The notes beneath the pieces are model-generated. The model was not told the origin of the DNA. It worked only from the letters and a program-made list of their open reading frames with translations, and ran no database searches. Shown piece after piece: positions 1 through 9,952 of a DNA stretch of 64,000 nt (positions are counted from its first letter, which is position 1; every line of letters starts with the position of its first letter). This stretch comes from an uncultured Desulfovibrionaceae bacterium (lineage in GTDB: Bacteria > Desulfobacterota > Desulfovibrionia > Desulfovibrionales > Desulfovibrionaceae), in contig CALUZP010000065.1 of assembly GCA_944325325.1 (NCBI GenBank), positions 355-64,354 on the forward strand, read 5' to 3'. The translations under genes were made by a program, and so were the position numbers.

Positions 1-102
1 CTGCCGGAAGGCGCGTTCGCCGCGCCAGGCAATGGCCAGGCCGGAAAGCGAATGGCGCAGTGCCGCCACCAGAGGGCCGAATTGAAAGTCGATGGTTCGC
101 AT
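1..102 (-). CDS. diacylglycerol kinase-like protein, first 34 codons only (gene runs off the window start)
   Basis: Minus-strand ATG at 102..100 opens MRTIDFQFGPLVAALRHSLSGLAIAWRGERAFRQ. The GL..AW..E.AFRQ pattern matches my recollection of the DgkA N-terminus. Too short to be certain. Confidence 0.45.
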   Translation of the reverse strand, partial: MRTIDFQFGPLVAALRHSLSGLAIAWRGERAFRQ

Positions 103-149
103 GGCGTGTCCTGTGAAGCGGGTTGGGAGTTGCAGCCAGGCTGGATGCT

Positions 150-195
150 GGGGGGAAGGGGAAGCCCTTTTTCAAAAGGGCTTCCCCTTCCCCCC
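150..195. repeat. G-rich near-perfect palindrome (GGGGGGAAGGGGAAGCCCTTT ... AAAGGGCTTCCCCTTCCCCCC), terminator-like hairpin
   Basis: Inverted repeat read directly from the sequence. The arm sequence is related to the hairpins at 603..650 and 36461..36505. Confidence 0.6.
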
Positions 196-602
196 AGACC
201 CCTCAACCGCCTCCTAAAACGTTTGTCGTGAGGGGAGAGTGCCGGTTGCGGCGAGCCGGCTGGGGAACCGTGAGCACTGCCGGGTACACCTTGTCAACGT
301 GTTTTCCGCAGGGAAAGTCCTTTTTCTGGTGGCCGTGCGGAATGCAGATCATGGCAGGCATAACAGGTGTGATTGCCGTGCGCCGTCTGTCGTTTCCGGA
401 CAGCGGACAGACATGCAGCGGTCAGAGGCTGCATGCAGCGCCGGTGTATGGGAGGCGGGACAGACGGGTTTCGCAGGATGCCTGGAGGCTGTCAGACAGC
501 GGCCGGCGGATTCCTGAAATACCGCAATGATCGTATGTGTTGCGTCAGTCTGTGTGTCGTGTTTGCCTTCAATACGTGTTTCGGGAAAGGGAATGGGGGT
601 CG

Positions 603-650
603 GGGGGAAGGGGGAGAACCCCTTTGCAAAGGGGTTTCTCCCTTTCCCCC
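603..650 (-). terminator. imperfect long GC hairpin about 30 nt downstream of the alaS stop, probable terminator
   Basis: GGGGGAAGGGGGAGAACCCCTTTG / CAAAGGGGTTTCTCCCTTTCCCCC inverted repeat. It lies immediately 3' of alaS on the minus strand. Confidence 0.55.
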
Positions 651-678
651 GCTTTCAGTCTGTCCGTCTGGTTCCCGG

Positions 679-3324
679 CTACGCGCCAAGCGCCTGACGC
701 AGCAGGGCGAAGACCTCATCGATGCCGGAGGGGTTGGAGCCGCCGGCCTGAGCCTGATCCGGGCGTCCGCCACCGGAGCCGCCGATGGGGCCGGCCACCT
801 GCTTGATGAGGGCTGGCGCGGTGAAGCGGTCGTGCAGTGCCTTGGGAACATAAAGGATGAGTGCAACCTTGCTGTCAGGGGTGCCGGCGTCGGGCGCGGC
901 CAGGCAGACCACACCCTGCACATGCTTGGAGCGCACGTCGTCCATGACTTCGCGCAGGGTCTTGACCGGCATGGGCGCAAGCCTGGCTGTGACCAGTTCT
1001 ATGCCGTTGACGGTTTCTTCGGTCATGGCGTTGCCCTGGCTGGAGGCGGCCACGGCCTTGTCGAGATCACGCCGCAGTTGTTTATTTTCTTTAAGCAGGC
1101 CGTCCACGCGGGCCTGCACGTCGTCGGGGCGGCTTTTCAGAAGGCCCGCCAGGGCGTGCAGCTGAGTGCGCTGGTTGGCCATATGCTGGAAGGCGTTCCA
1201 GCCGGTGAGAGCTTCAATGCGCCGCACGCCGGCGGAGATGCCCGATTCAGAGAGGATGACGAACAACCCGGCCTGACCCGTGGAGGCCAGGTGCGTGCCG
1301 CCGCACAGTTCCACAGATTCGGTATGCGCCTCGTTGCCGACGGTCAGCACCCGGACTTCTTCGCCATACTTTTCGCCGAACAGGGCCATGGCTCCGGAGC
1401 CGAGCGCCTCGTCGCGGTGCATGAGGCGTGCGGTCACGGGATAGTCGGCCATGATGGCGGCGTTGACTTCGTGTTCCACTCTGGCCACTTCTTCGGGCGT
1501 CATGGGAGCGATGTGTGAAAAGTCGAAACGCAGCCGCTCGGGCGTGACGAGCGAGCCGGCCTGCCGGACGTGATCGCCGAGCACACGGCGCAGCGCCGCG
1601 TGCAGAAGGTGCGTGCAGGTGTGCGAACGGGCCGAAGCCAGGCGGCGTTCGGCATCAACATGCAGGCCGAGTTCCTGATCGGGGAGGAGCTCGCCTTCAG
1701 CAACGCGGACTTTAAGCACGGTCAGATCCGCCGAAGGCTTGAGGGTGTCGAGGACTTCCGCTTTGCCGGCGGGTCCTTCAAGGCGGCCTGTATCGCCGGT
1801 CTGGCCACCGGAGGCGCCATAGAACGGGGTGCGCTCGGTCACCACATAGCCTTCCGCACCGGCGGGCAGGCTGTCTGCCGGCAGGGCGTCGGCGTCAAGC
1901 AGAGCCACAACCCGGGCAGTGGCGTCAAGGGCCGTATAGCCGATGAATTCGCTTTTGAGGCCGTCGGACAGCAGAGAGGCAAAGCGCGAGCCCAGATCCT
2001 TCTCACCTGAGCCTTTCCAGTTGGCCCGGGCGCGCCGGCGCTGTTCGAGCATGGCGGCCGTAAAGCCGTCTTCGTCCACGGCAAAGCCGCGCTTGCCGGC
2101 GATGTCGTTGACGATGTCGATAGGAAAGCCGTAGGTGTCATACAGCTTGAACAGCACGTCGCCGGGCAGGGATTTGTCCGCCTCGCGTGCGGCCATTTCG
2201 CTTTCCAGGAGGGCCAGCCCCTTATCGAGGGTCTGGCCGAAGCGCTCTTCTTCCTCGCGGATCACGCGGGCCATGAACTCGGCGCGCTCGTTCAGTTCAG
2301 GATACTGCCCGCCCATGACTTCCGCGACCTTCAGCGCAGTCTTGTACAGGAAGGGTTCCTGCATGCCGATCAGCCGTCCGAAGCGGAAGGCCCGGCGGAT
2401 AAGGCGGCGCAGGATGTAGCTGCGGCCTTCGTTGGAAGGCAGGATGCCGTCGGCGATCATGAAGGCAATGGCCCGGCTGTGGTCGGCGATGACGCGCAGG
2501 GCCGTATCGGTGTCCGGATCTTCCCGGTAGCGCACGCCGGCCAGTGAAGCCATGTACTGGATGAACGTCTGGAACAGGTCCGTGTCATAGTTGGAGCGCA
2601 CGCCCTGGCAGACGGCGGCGATGCGCTCAAGGCCCATGCCCGTGTCGATGGAGGGATGAGGCAGGGGAGTGCGGGTGCCGTCCGCGGCCTGATCATACTG
2701 CATGAACACGAGGTTCCAGATTTCGAGGAACCGGTCGCAGTCACAGGTGCCGATGCCGCAATTGGGACCGCAGGCCATGTCCTCGCCCTGATCCACATGG
2801 ATTTCGGAACAGGGGCCGCAGGGGCCTGTATCACCCATGGACCAGAAATTGTCCTTCTCACCCAGCCGGTAAATGCGCGAGGGGTCGACACCGGCCACAC
2901 GGACCCAGAGGTCGAAGGCCTCGTCATCGTCCTTGTATACAGTGATGTAGAGTTTTTCGCGCGGGATGCCCAGTTCCCTGGTTACAAACTCCCAGGCCAT
3001 GCGGATGGCGTCTTCCTTGAAATAGTCGCCGAACGAGAAATTGCCGAGCATTTCAAAGAAGGTGTGGTGGCGCGCGGTGCGGCCCACGTTGTCAAGGTCG
3101 TTGTGCTTGCCCCCCACGCGCAGGCACTTCTGGGCGGAGGTGGCACGGGTGTAGTCGCGTTTTTCCTGGCCGAGAAAAACCCGTTTGAACTGGACCATGC
3201 CCGCGTTGGTGAACAGCAGTGACGGGTCGTCGCGCGGGATGAGCGAGGAGGAAGGCACTTCACGGTGGTTGTATTTTTTGAAGTGATCCAGAAATTTACG
3301 CCTGATTTCCTGGGCTGTAAGCAT
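679..3324 (-). CDS. alaS: alanine--tRNA ligase
   Basis: ORF 679..3432 trimmed to the internal ATG at 3324 ([17 protein letters not shown]...). Contains [18 protein letters not shown], the editing-domain HTCTHLLH motif and a C-terminal [15 protein letters not shown] (DHHA1-like) tail. Confidence 0.96.
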   Translation of the reverse strand: MLTAQEIRRKFLDHFKKYNHREVPSSSLIPRDDPSLLFTNAGMVQFKRVFLGQEKRDYTRATSAQKCLRVGGKHNDLDNVGRTARHHTFFEMLGNFSFGDYFKEDAIRMAWEFVTRELGIPREKLYITVYKDDDEAFDLWVRVAGVDPSRIYRLGEKDNFWSMGDTGPCGPCSEIHVDQGEDMACGPNCGIGTCDCDRFLEIWNLVFMQYDQAADGTRTPLPHPSIDTGMGLERIAAVCQGVRSNYDTDLFQTFIQYMASLAGVRYREDPDTDTALRVIADHSRAIAFMIADGILPSNEGRSYILRRLIRRAFRFGRLIGMQEPFLYKTALKVAEVMGGQYPELNERAEFMARVIREEEERFGQTLDKGLALLESEMAAREADKSLPGDVLFKLYDTYGFPIDIVNDIAGKRGFAVDEDGFTAAMLEQRRRARANWKGSGEKDLGSRFASLLSDGLKSEFIGYTALDATARVVALLDADALPADSLPAGAEGYVVTERTPFYGASGGQTGDTGRLEGPAGKAEVLDTLKPSADLTVLKVRVAEGELLPDQELGLHVDAERRLASARSHTCTHLLHAALRRVLGDHVRQAGSLVTPERLRFDFSHIAPMTPEEVARVEHEVNAAIMADYPVTARLMHRDEALGSGAMALFGEKYGEEVRVLTVGNEAHTESVELCGGTHLASTGQAGLFVILSESGISAGVRRIEALTGWNAFQHMANQRTQLHALAGLLKSRPDDVQARVDGLLKENKQLRRDLDKAVAASSQGNAMTEETVNGIELVTARLAPMPVKTLREVMDDVRSKHVQGVVCLAAPDAGTPDSKVALILYVPKALHDRFTAPALIKQVAGPIGGSGGGRPDQAQAGGSNPSGIDEVFALLRQALGA

Positions 3325-3503
3325 GCTGGTTCCTGTCGTGTGGCTGGATGTGCTGACCCGTCCTGCCGCGTCAGCGGGTGACGCGGCAGGACGGGCGTGA
3401 TGGTTGTATATGCAGCAGGCGCTGTGGGCCATGTCGGGCGCCTGGACGCAGGCCGGCCGGCATGGCGTTTTCCCCTGTGCGTGCAGCGCAGGGACGGTGC
3501 GGT

Positions 3504-4625
3504 CTACTGTTCGTCGCTGTAGGGCAGATCGTCCAGATAGCCGTTATCGGCTGGTTCTCCGGGCATGTCGGCATCCGCGTCGGCTTCTGCAGCAGCAAGG
3601 GCCTCGTTGGGATGCATACCGAGATGCTCGATGACCTTGGCCTCGATGGCGTTGCGCAGTTCGGGTGTTTCGTCAAGCAGCGCGCGGACCTTTTCCTTGC
3701 CCTGGCCGAGCTTTTCAGCGCCAAAGGCAAACCATGCACCGCTCTTGTCGATGATCCCGAGCTCCACGCCAAGATCGATCAGTTCGCCGGAGCGTGAGAT
3801 GCCCTGCCCCCAGATGATGTCAAACTTGGCTTCGCGGAAGGGCGGGGCCATTTTGTTCTTGACGACCTTGACGCGCGTCAGCGAACCGTAGGCTTCATCC
3901 TTGTCCTTGAGGGTCTGGATTTTGCGGATGTCCATCCGGACAGAGCTGTAGAACTTGAGCGCATTGCCGCCGGTGGTGGTTTCGGGGTTGCCGTAGCCGG
4001 TGGTGCCGATCTTCATGCGGATCTGGTTGATGAAGATCACGGCGGTGCGCGACTTGTGGATGGTGCCGGTCAGCTTGCGCAGAGCGTGACTCATCAGGCG
4101 GGCCTGGCCGCCCACCTGGGTTTCGCCCATGGCGCCTTCCAGTTCGGCCTGGGGGATGAGGGCGGCCACCGAGTCGATGACCACCAGATCCACGGCCGCA
4201 GAACGGACGAGCATGTCGGCAATTTCCAGAGCCTGTTCGCCGTGGTCGGGCTGCGAGATGAGCAGTTCGTCGGTCTTGACGCCGAGCCGCTTGGCATACG
4301 TGACGTCGAGGGCATGCTCGGCGTCGATGAAGGCGGCGGTGCCGCCGGCCTTCTGGCATTCGGCGATGATGTGCAGGGTAAGGGTCGTCTTGCCTGAAGA
4401 TTCGGGGCCGTAGATTTCAGTCACGCGGCCACGGGGGATGCCGCCGATGCCCAGCGCCAGGTCGATGCCGATGGAGCCGGTGGGGATGACGGGAACCTGG
4501 ACATGGACGTCGTCGGAAAGGCGCATCACCGCGCCCTGACCGAAGCGGCGCTCAATGGTGGCCAGCGCGGTCTGCAGCGCCTCGCGGCGCGCGTCTTCAG
4601 GAGACAGAGTGGGCTTTTTTGCCAT
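3504..4625 (-). CDS. recA: recombinase RecA
   Basis: ORF 3504..4652 trimmed to MAKKPTLS at 4625. Has Walker [32 protein letters not shown] and an acidic C-terminal tail. Confidence 0.97.
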   Translation of the reverse strand: MAKKPTLSPEDARREALQTALATIERRFGQGAVMRLSDDVHVQVPVIPTGSIGIDLALGIGGIPRGRVTEIYGPESSGKTTLTLHIIAECQKAGGTAAFIDAEHALDVTYAKRLGVKTDELLISQPDHGEQALEIADMLVRSAAVDLVVIDSVAALIPQAELEGAMGETQVGGQARLMSHALRKLTGTIHKSRTAVIFINQIRMKIGTTGYGNPETTTGGNALKFYSSVRMDIRKIQTLKDKDEAYGSLTRVKVVKNKMAPPFREAKFDIIWGQGISRSGELIDLGVELGIIDKSGAWFAFGAEKLGQGKEKVRALLDETPELRNAIEAKVIEHLGMHPNEALAAAEADADADMPGEPADNGYLDDLPYSDEQ

Positions 4626-4712
4626 GGTATTCTCCATAACGGCCGGAACCATGTTCTTCCGGCCCTGCTGAGGAAAGCGGAGTCCAGCCTCCGCAGGTAG
4701 GAAACTTTCCGG

Positions 4713-5747
4713 TTATTCAAGCAGGCCCTGTTCCGCCATGCCGCCGGGCATGCGCAGATGCCGGTACGCACGGGCTGTGGCCATGCGGCCGCGCGGCGTG
4801 CGCTTGAGAAAACCGCACTGGATGAGGTAGGGCTCGTAAATTTCCTCCACCGTGCGGACTTCTTCGGCTACGGCGGCCGCCAGCGTTTTTACGCCGACCG
4901 GGCCGCCATTGTAATATTCGATGAGCACCCGAAGGAGCTTGCGGTCCATCTGGTCAAGGCCGAATTCGTCCACGTCCATGCGGTTGAGGGCGTTTCTGGC
5001 CTGTTCGGCATCCACAATTCCCTTGCCAAACACTGCGGCAAAGTCCCGCACACGGCGCAGCAGGCGGTTGGCAATGCGCGGCGTCCCCCGGGACCGGCGG
5101 CCGATTTCAAGCGCGCCGTCCCCGGTGACGGGCACGTCAAGAATCCGCGCCGAGCGCAGCACCACGCGGGCGAGTTCCTCGGGGGTGTAGTATTCAAGCC
5201 GGCTGATAATCCCGAAGCGATCGCGCAGCGGTGAGGAAATCAGCCCGATGCGCGTGGTCGCGCCCACCAGCGTGAACGGCTCGAGATCAATTTTGACCGT
5301 CCGCGCCGCCGGCCCCTGCCCGATGACCAGATCGAGCTTGAAATCTTCCATGGCGGGATAGAGGATTTCCTCCACGGCAATGGGCATGCGGTGGATTTCA
5401 TCCACGAACAGGATGTCGTGCCGGGAAAGGTTGGTCAGGATGGCGGCCAGATCCCCGCTGCGTTCCAGCACCGGGCCGGAGGTGCAGACCAGATTGACGC
5501 CCAGTTCCGCAGCCATAATCTGTGCGAGCGTCGTTTTGCCAAGGCCGGGATTGCCATGAAACAGCGTGTGATCCATGGCCTGGCCGCGTTCGCGCGCGGC
5601 GTTCAGATACACACGGAGGTTGGCGCGCAGCTCTTCCTGGCCGATAAAGTCCTCAAGCCGCGTGGGCCGGATGGATTCCTCCGCCGGGACGCGCTCTGGC
5701 AGAGGGCCTGCTGCGGCCGCGCCGAACAGATCCTGGGCATCGCTCAT
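4713..5747 (-). CDS. ruvB: Holliday junction branch migration ATPase RuvB
   Basis: [39 protein letters not shown] and the [16 protein letters not shown] motifs. Overlaps the ruvA stop by 4 nt. Confidence 0.97.
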   Translation of the reverse strand: MSDAQDLFGAAAAGPLPERVPAEESIRPTRLEDFIGQEELRANLRVYLNAARERGQAMDHTLFHGNPGLGKTTLAQIMAAELGVNLVCTSGPVLERSGDLAAILTNLSRHDILFVDEIHRMPIAVEEILYPAMEDFKLDLVIGQGPAARTVKIDLEPFTLVGATTRIGLISSPLRDRFGIISRLEYYTPEELARVVLRSARILDVPVTGDGALEIGRRSRGTPRIANRLLRRVRDFAAVFGKGIVDAEQARNALNRMDVDEFGLDQMDRKLLRVLIEYYNGGPVGVKTLAAAVAEEVRTVEEIYEPYLIQCGFLKRTPRGRMATARAYRHLRMPGGMAEQGLLE

Positions 5748-6370
5748 CGCGGTTCTCCCTGGCGGATGCGGGCCATGGCCTTCAAGGCCGCCCGCAGGGC
5801 GCCGCTGACGTCGAGATCCGGCTCGTCGTGCAGGATCTGCTTGATGACCGGACCGGCTTCAAGCTCGCTGTAGCCCAGCCCCTCAAGGCCGGCAAGCGTG
5901 TCGCGGTAGACGCTGCCGGGACGCGGGCCCGCGCCGCCGGGCGCAGCCAGTGCCGGGCAGTCCTCCACCTTGAGCTTGTACTTCAGTTCCAGAAAAATGT
6001 GCTGCGCGGTTTTCTTGCCAATGCCTGAAACCCGGGTCAGCGGCGTGGGATCGTCGTCGAGGACAAGCCGCCGCAGGTCGTCCGGACGGAAAACCGACAG
6101 AATGGCAAGGGCCGTGCGCGCACCGACCTTGGACAGCGAGATGAGTGTCACAAACGTCTCGCGCTCGTCCCACGTCTCAAAGCCGAACAGCTCCTGGGCG
6201 TCTTCGCGCACGATGAACGAGGTGTAGAACGCCACCTGAGCGCCCTTTTGCGGCAGGCGCGAAAGGGTGTGCAGCGGCAACGACACCTCATAGCCAACGC
6301 CTGTTGCGGTAATTACCACGGCGGCGTTTGGCCCTGTTTGGTCAAGGCGACCTTCAAGATATGCGATCAT
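5744..6370 (-). CDS. ruvA: Holliday junction DNA-binding protein RuvA
   Basis: MIAYLEGRL start, OB-fold N-terminus and HhH motif [17 protein letters not shown]. Immediately upstream of ruvB. Confidence 0.93.
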   Translation of the reverse strand: MIAYLEGRLDQTGPNAAVVITATGVGYEVSLPLHTLSRLPQKGAQVAFYTSFIVREDAQELFGFETWDERETFVTLISLSKVGARTALAILSVFRPDDLRRLVLDDDPTPLTRVSGIGKKTAQHIFLELKYKLKVEDCPALAAPGGAGPRPGSVYRDTLAGLEGLGYSELEAGPVIKQILHDEPDLDVSGALRAALKAMARIRQGEPR

Positions 6371-6771
6371 GGCCGAACCATAGCCGATTTCAGGTTATGA
6401 GGGAAGAGCGGCGCACAGCCGGCACACGCCTCAGCCACACAGAGGGCAGCACGGCGAGTCCGCAGGGACGGCAGGCCGTGCCAGGGACTCTTTTCCAGGC
6501 CGCCCGACGCCGGGCCTTCTGGTTTGGCGGGCCGTCAGAACGGCACCGGCAGAATACGGCAGCGGCCTGCACTGGGTGTTCGGAGCGTGCCGGCGCTGGG
6601 CACATGGGCTTTTCCTCCTGCGCGAACAGGGACGTCAGCACCACAGGCACGGGGACAACCTGCTGTGCGAACTTCCTTGCCTTTGTGGACAGGGGCGGCA
6701 GGGCAAGCCGGGCGGGTGCCCCTGTCCCGCAAGGACAGATGCCGCGCGGGCATGGCCGCGCGCCGTGCGGC

Positions 6772-7359
6772 TCAGGCAAACACACCGTGCTCCCAGAGGA
6801 TCTTTATGCCGATACCCAGCAGGACCAGGCCGCCGGCCACACCTGCGTGCCGTCCGAACAGGGCCGCCCTGGACAGGCGCTGCCCCAGAAACAGTCCCAG
6901 TGCTGTCATCCCGGCGCAGACCAGGCCAATCACCACGGACGGCATGAGGATCGGCATCTTGATCAACGCAAACGACAGCCCTACGGCCAGCGCGTCGATG
7001 CTGGTGGCCACAGCCAGAAGCAGCAGGCTCGCGCCCCGGGAGGGATCCTTTTGGGGCGGCGGGCAGGAGCAGTTTTCCGTCCCGTCGCGGCGCAGGCCTT
7101 CGCGCAGCATGGAACCACCGATCCAGGCCAGCAGGATGAAGGCAACCCAGTGATCCCAGCTTTCAATAAAGCCACGCACATACAACCCCAGTGTCCAGCC
7201 GATTACCGGCATGAGGAACTGGAACAGGCCGAAGGCCAGCGACATGCGGAGGTAATGGCCGGCCTGCGGACGGCGCAGGGCGCAGCCTGCACCCACAGAC
7301 ACGGCAAAGGCGTCCATGGCCAGGGCCAGGGCCAGCATCAGGATGGCTGCCGCGTTCAT
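6772..7359 (-). CDS. mntP: manganese efflux pump MntP (DUF204)
   Basis: 195-aa polytopic protein with the repeated LAxAMDAFAVS / ATSIDALAVG motifs typical of MntP. Its ATG overlaps the upstream ATPase stop (ATGA). Confidence 0.85.
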   Translation of the reverse strand: MNAAAILMLALALAMDAFAVSVGAGCALRRPQAGHYLRMSLAFGLFQFLMPVIGWTLGLYVRGFIESWDHWVAFILLAWIGGSMLREGLRRDGTENCSCPPPQKDPSRGASLLLLAVATSIDALAVGLSFALIKMPILMPSVVIGLVCAGMTALGLFLGQRLSRAALFGRHAGVAGGLVLLGIGIKILWEHGVFA

Positions 7360-8849
7360 GACAGAAGATCCTCAGGGCAGGGACCGTTCCAGGTGACCCG
7401 GCCGTGATCCAGCCGCAGCAGGTGCGTAATGGTCGGGATAAGATCCTCACGGCGGTGGGAGACCAGGACGATCTGCACCCCCTGATCCATAAGGGCGTCC
7501 ACCAGCTCCAGCACATGATCGCGCGCGGCCGGATCCAGTCCCGAACAGGGTTCGTCCAGCAGCAGCAGATCCGGCGAGCCGATGAGGGCCCGGGCCAGCA
7601 GGAGCCGGCGCATTTCGCCGGTGGAACAGCGCCGGATGGAGCGCCGGGCCAGATGCTCGACGCCAAGCAGGCGCATACAGTAGTGGGCTTCGTCAAGCTC
7701 GTCGGAAGCGATGGCGCGGTAGACGCCTACACTGTTGTCAAAGCCAGAAAAAACCAGTTCTTCTCCGGTGATGTCGTAGGTATAGGTGGCCTGCTGCAAG
7801 TCCGAAACCAGCCGGATCCCCTTGCGGATGCACTCGAGCTTGACCTGCTCTCCGCCCTGCCTGGGCAGCCAGCGGCGGACGCTGCCGCCTGCGGCGGCAA
7901 ATTCGTCGCCGGCCACAAGCCGCATGAGCGTGGATTTGCCGGCGCCGTTGTCACCGAGGACGGCCCAGTTCTGACCAGGTTCGATAGTCCAGTTGATGTC
8001 GTGCAGGACAGGTGTTCCGCTGAGGTAGACAGTGGCGTTGACGATTTCGATGCGTGCGCCTTCACCGTGCTTGACGCCGGACAGCTGGGGAGTGAGATCC
8101 ATGCCGCAGTTGGAAGACACCGCAAGGTGGGCAACGGGTTTGCCGGGCAGCGCGCGATCTGAGACAATGCGTCCGTGCTCCATACAGATTTCGCGGTGCA
8201 TCCAGTCGGGGAGCGTCTCGGGGCGGTGGGTGCTGATGACCAGTGTGGACAGCACCGACGCCTTTTCCAGCATGGCAAGCAGGCGCAGGCGCGAGTCGGC
8301 ATCAAGGCCGTCGGTCACTTCGTCGAGCAGAAGCGCGCGGGGGTTGCGGATGAGCCCGCGGGCCACCAGCAGGCGGCGCAGTTCGCCCTGCGACAGTTCC
8401 GGCACCCGCCGGGACAGGAGCGGCTCGGCGTCCAGCTGCGCGGCAAGCTCATGGATGCGCGCCTTGTCCTCGCCTTCTGCATGGCGCAGCACATAGACGG
8501 CTTCCGAAATGCCGCCGAAGACCAGATCTTCGCCGGTAATGTCCCAGCCCTGCAAGAGGATGCGCTCCTGCTGGGCCGGCGCAATGAGCGAAACCATGCC
8601 GCGTCCGGCCAGAGGGGACGTTTCGGGGCCCCCGGCCGTATGCCAGACAATGCGGCACCGGCTGTCCTGATCGGGCCACTGTTCGCCGCGCAGCAGGCGC
8701 AGCAGCGTCGATTTGCCGGCGCCGTTGCCGCCGCGCAGGGCAAGATGTTCCCCGGCGTGCAGGGAAAGGGTCACGTCATCAAGGGCGCGCAGTCCCTGAT
8801 AGGTCACTCTGGCGTCAGTGACGTCAATGAGGGGAGAACAGAATTCCAT
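7356..8849 (-). CDS. modF: ModF-like ABC ATPase with two nucleotide-binding domains and no membrane domain
   Basis: Two Walker A sites (GGNGAGKSTLLRLL, GDNGAGKSTLMRLV) and two signature/Walker B pairs. The SGFDNSVGVYR segment resembles E. coli ModF SGYFDSIGIYQ, and the length (497 aa) also matches. Confidence 0.75.
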   Translation of the reverse strand: MEFCSPLIDVTDARVTYQGLRALDDVTLSLHAGEHLALRGGNGAGKSTLLRLLRGEQWPDQDSRCRIVWHTAGGPETSPLAGRGMVSLIAPAQQERILLQGWDITGEDLVFGGISEAVYVLRHAEGEDKARIHELAAQLDAEPLLSRRVPELSQGELRRLLVARGLIRNPRALLLDEVTDGLDADSRLRLLAMLEKASVLSTLVISTHRPETLPDWMHREICMEHGRIVSDRALPGKPVAHLAVSSNCGMDLTPQLSGVKHGEGARIEIVNATVYLSGTPVLHDINWTIEPGQNWAVLGDNGAGKSTLMRLVAGDEFAAAGGSVRRWLPRQGGEQVKLECIRKGIRLVSDLQQATYTYDITGEELVFSGFDNSVGVYRAIASDELDEAHYCMRLLGVEHLARRSIRRCSTGEMRRLLLARALIGSPDLLLLDEPCSGLDPAARDHVLELVDALMDQGVQIVLVSHRREDLIPTITHLLRLDHGRVTWNGPCPEDLLS

Positions 8850-8966
8850 ACCTCAAAACTCCAGAAAAAGCAGACGTTGCGGAAGGCCGGGAGCCTGAGG
8901 CCACCGGGCGCGTGCCGGGTTGCGCGGAGCGTCCGCCGGAACCGGCTGCAGTCCAAACAGACCTCT

Positions 8967-9116
8967 CTAGAGCGTTTTGCCGTTGGAAAAGGCAGAACGC
9001 GAGGCGGCAGCACAACGCTGCCCGGCCAGAATTGAGCGGAAAAACCGCGGTGTTTCCGCGAAACGACAGGCCGTATGGTTTGAAGCGCAAAAGGTTTCAA
9101 ACTGAAAATGCTCTAG
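8967..9116 (+). mobile_element. MITE-like element copy A (core 8971..9112, 142 bp) flanked by CTAG/CTAG
   Basis: Aligns along its full length with copies at 22462..22603, 35894..36034 and 44434..44575. Termini are AGCGTTTTGCC ... CTGAAAATGCT (imperfect terminal inverted repeat). The right CTAG contains the TAG stop of the PHP phosphatase gene. Confidence 0.8.
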
Positions 9117-9952
9117 AAAGGCTGCTCGTACGCCTTGCGTTTTACAAAGTAGCGGCTGCTGGCATAGCCGTACTCACGGGCGTAGTCGGCCAGCCGGTCA
9201 AAGTTCCAGCCCAGCTGTCTCACGTTGTGCGCGTCGGAGGCAAAGGTGACGGGCAGGGCCAGGTCGGCGGCCAGGCGCATGATGCGCGGGCCGGGATAGA
9301 TTTCGGCACAGGGCTTGCGCAGACCGGCTGCCGAGATTTCCATAGCCATGCCAGCCTCTTTCATGGCTGCAAGCGCACGCCGGACTTTTTCCAGATTGTC
9401 GGCGTCGTCAAGCCAGGCGTTGAAGCGGTCCACGCTGAAAATCTTGATAATGTCCGGATGAGCGGCCACATTCATAAGCCGGCTGCCGGCCATTTCGGCA
9501 AGCGCCTGAAAATAGGCGGTGTAGCGCTCGTGGCAGACGTCATCCGAGACGTCCCAGTCAGCGGCGCTGGCGTCAAAGCCCCAGTGCCCGAGAAAATGGA
9601 CGCTGCCAAGCAGATAGTCCCAGGGTTCCGAGGCGGCCATACGGGCGATGAACGGCTGTTCGGCCGAAAACCAGTCCACTTCCAGCCCCAGCAGCACGCG
9701 CAGCGGCTTGGCGTCGGCGGGCGCTGTTTCCCAGCGTTCACGCAGGGCGCGGACTTCAGACAGGTAGGCAGGAAAGCCTGCCTTGAGCTGCTCGCGGTAC
9801 TCCTGTGGATAGTCATAGCCTTCAGGACGCGGCGAGTGTTCGGAAAAACCGAGAATGCGCATGCCGGCGGCAGCCGCGGCCGCGGCCATGTCGGACACGC
9901 TATCCTTGCCATGGGAATAAAAGGTATGGCAGTGCAGATCGACAGTAATCAT
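9113..9952 (-). CDS. PHP-family histidinol-phosphatase (HisJ/HisK type)
   Basis: ORF 9113..10027 trimmed to MITVDLHCHTFYSHGKD at 9952. Has PHP metal motifs (HCH, SEHSP, HPD, SDAH). Confidence 0.8.
   Translation of the reverse strand: MITVDLHCHTFYSHGKDSVSDMAAAAAAAGMRILGFSEHSPRPEGYDYPQEYREQLKAGFPAYLSEVRALRERWETAPADAKPLRVLLGLEVDWFSAEQPFIARMAASEPWDYLLGSVHFLGHWGFDASAADWDVSDDVCHERYTAYFQALAEMAGSRLMNVAAHPDIIKIFSVDRFNAWLDDADNLEKVRRALAAMKEAGMAMEISAAGLRKPCAEIYPGPRIMRLAADLALPVTFASDAHNVRQLGWNFDRLADYAREYGYASSRYFVKRKAYEQPF

Noticed and set aside
310-320. RNase P RNA-like GGGAAAGTCC motif
   Set aside because: It is followed by TTTTTCTGG rather than the conserved GGGC continuation, and none of the other conserved regions of RNase P RNA are visible nearby.
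8850-8966. Possible yybP-ykoY manganese riboswitch upstream of the modF-mntP pair
   Set aside because: I could not find the conserved GGGGAGTAG-type core or the four-helix arrangement in this 117-nt leader. A covariance-model scan would be needed for certainty.
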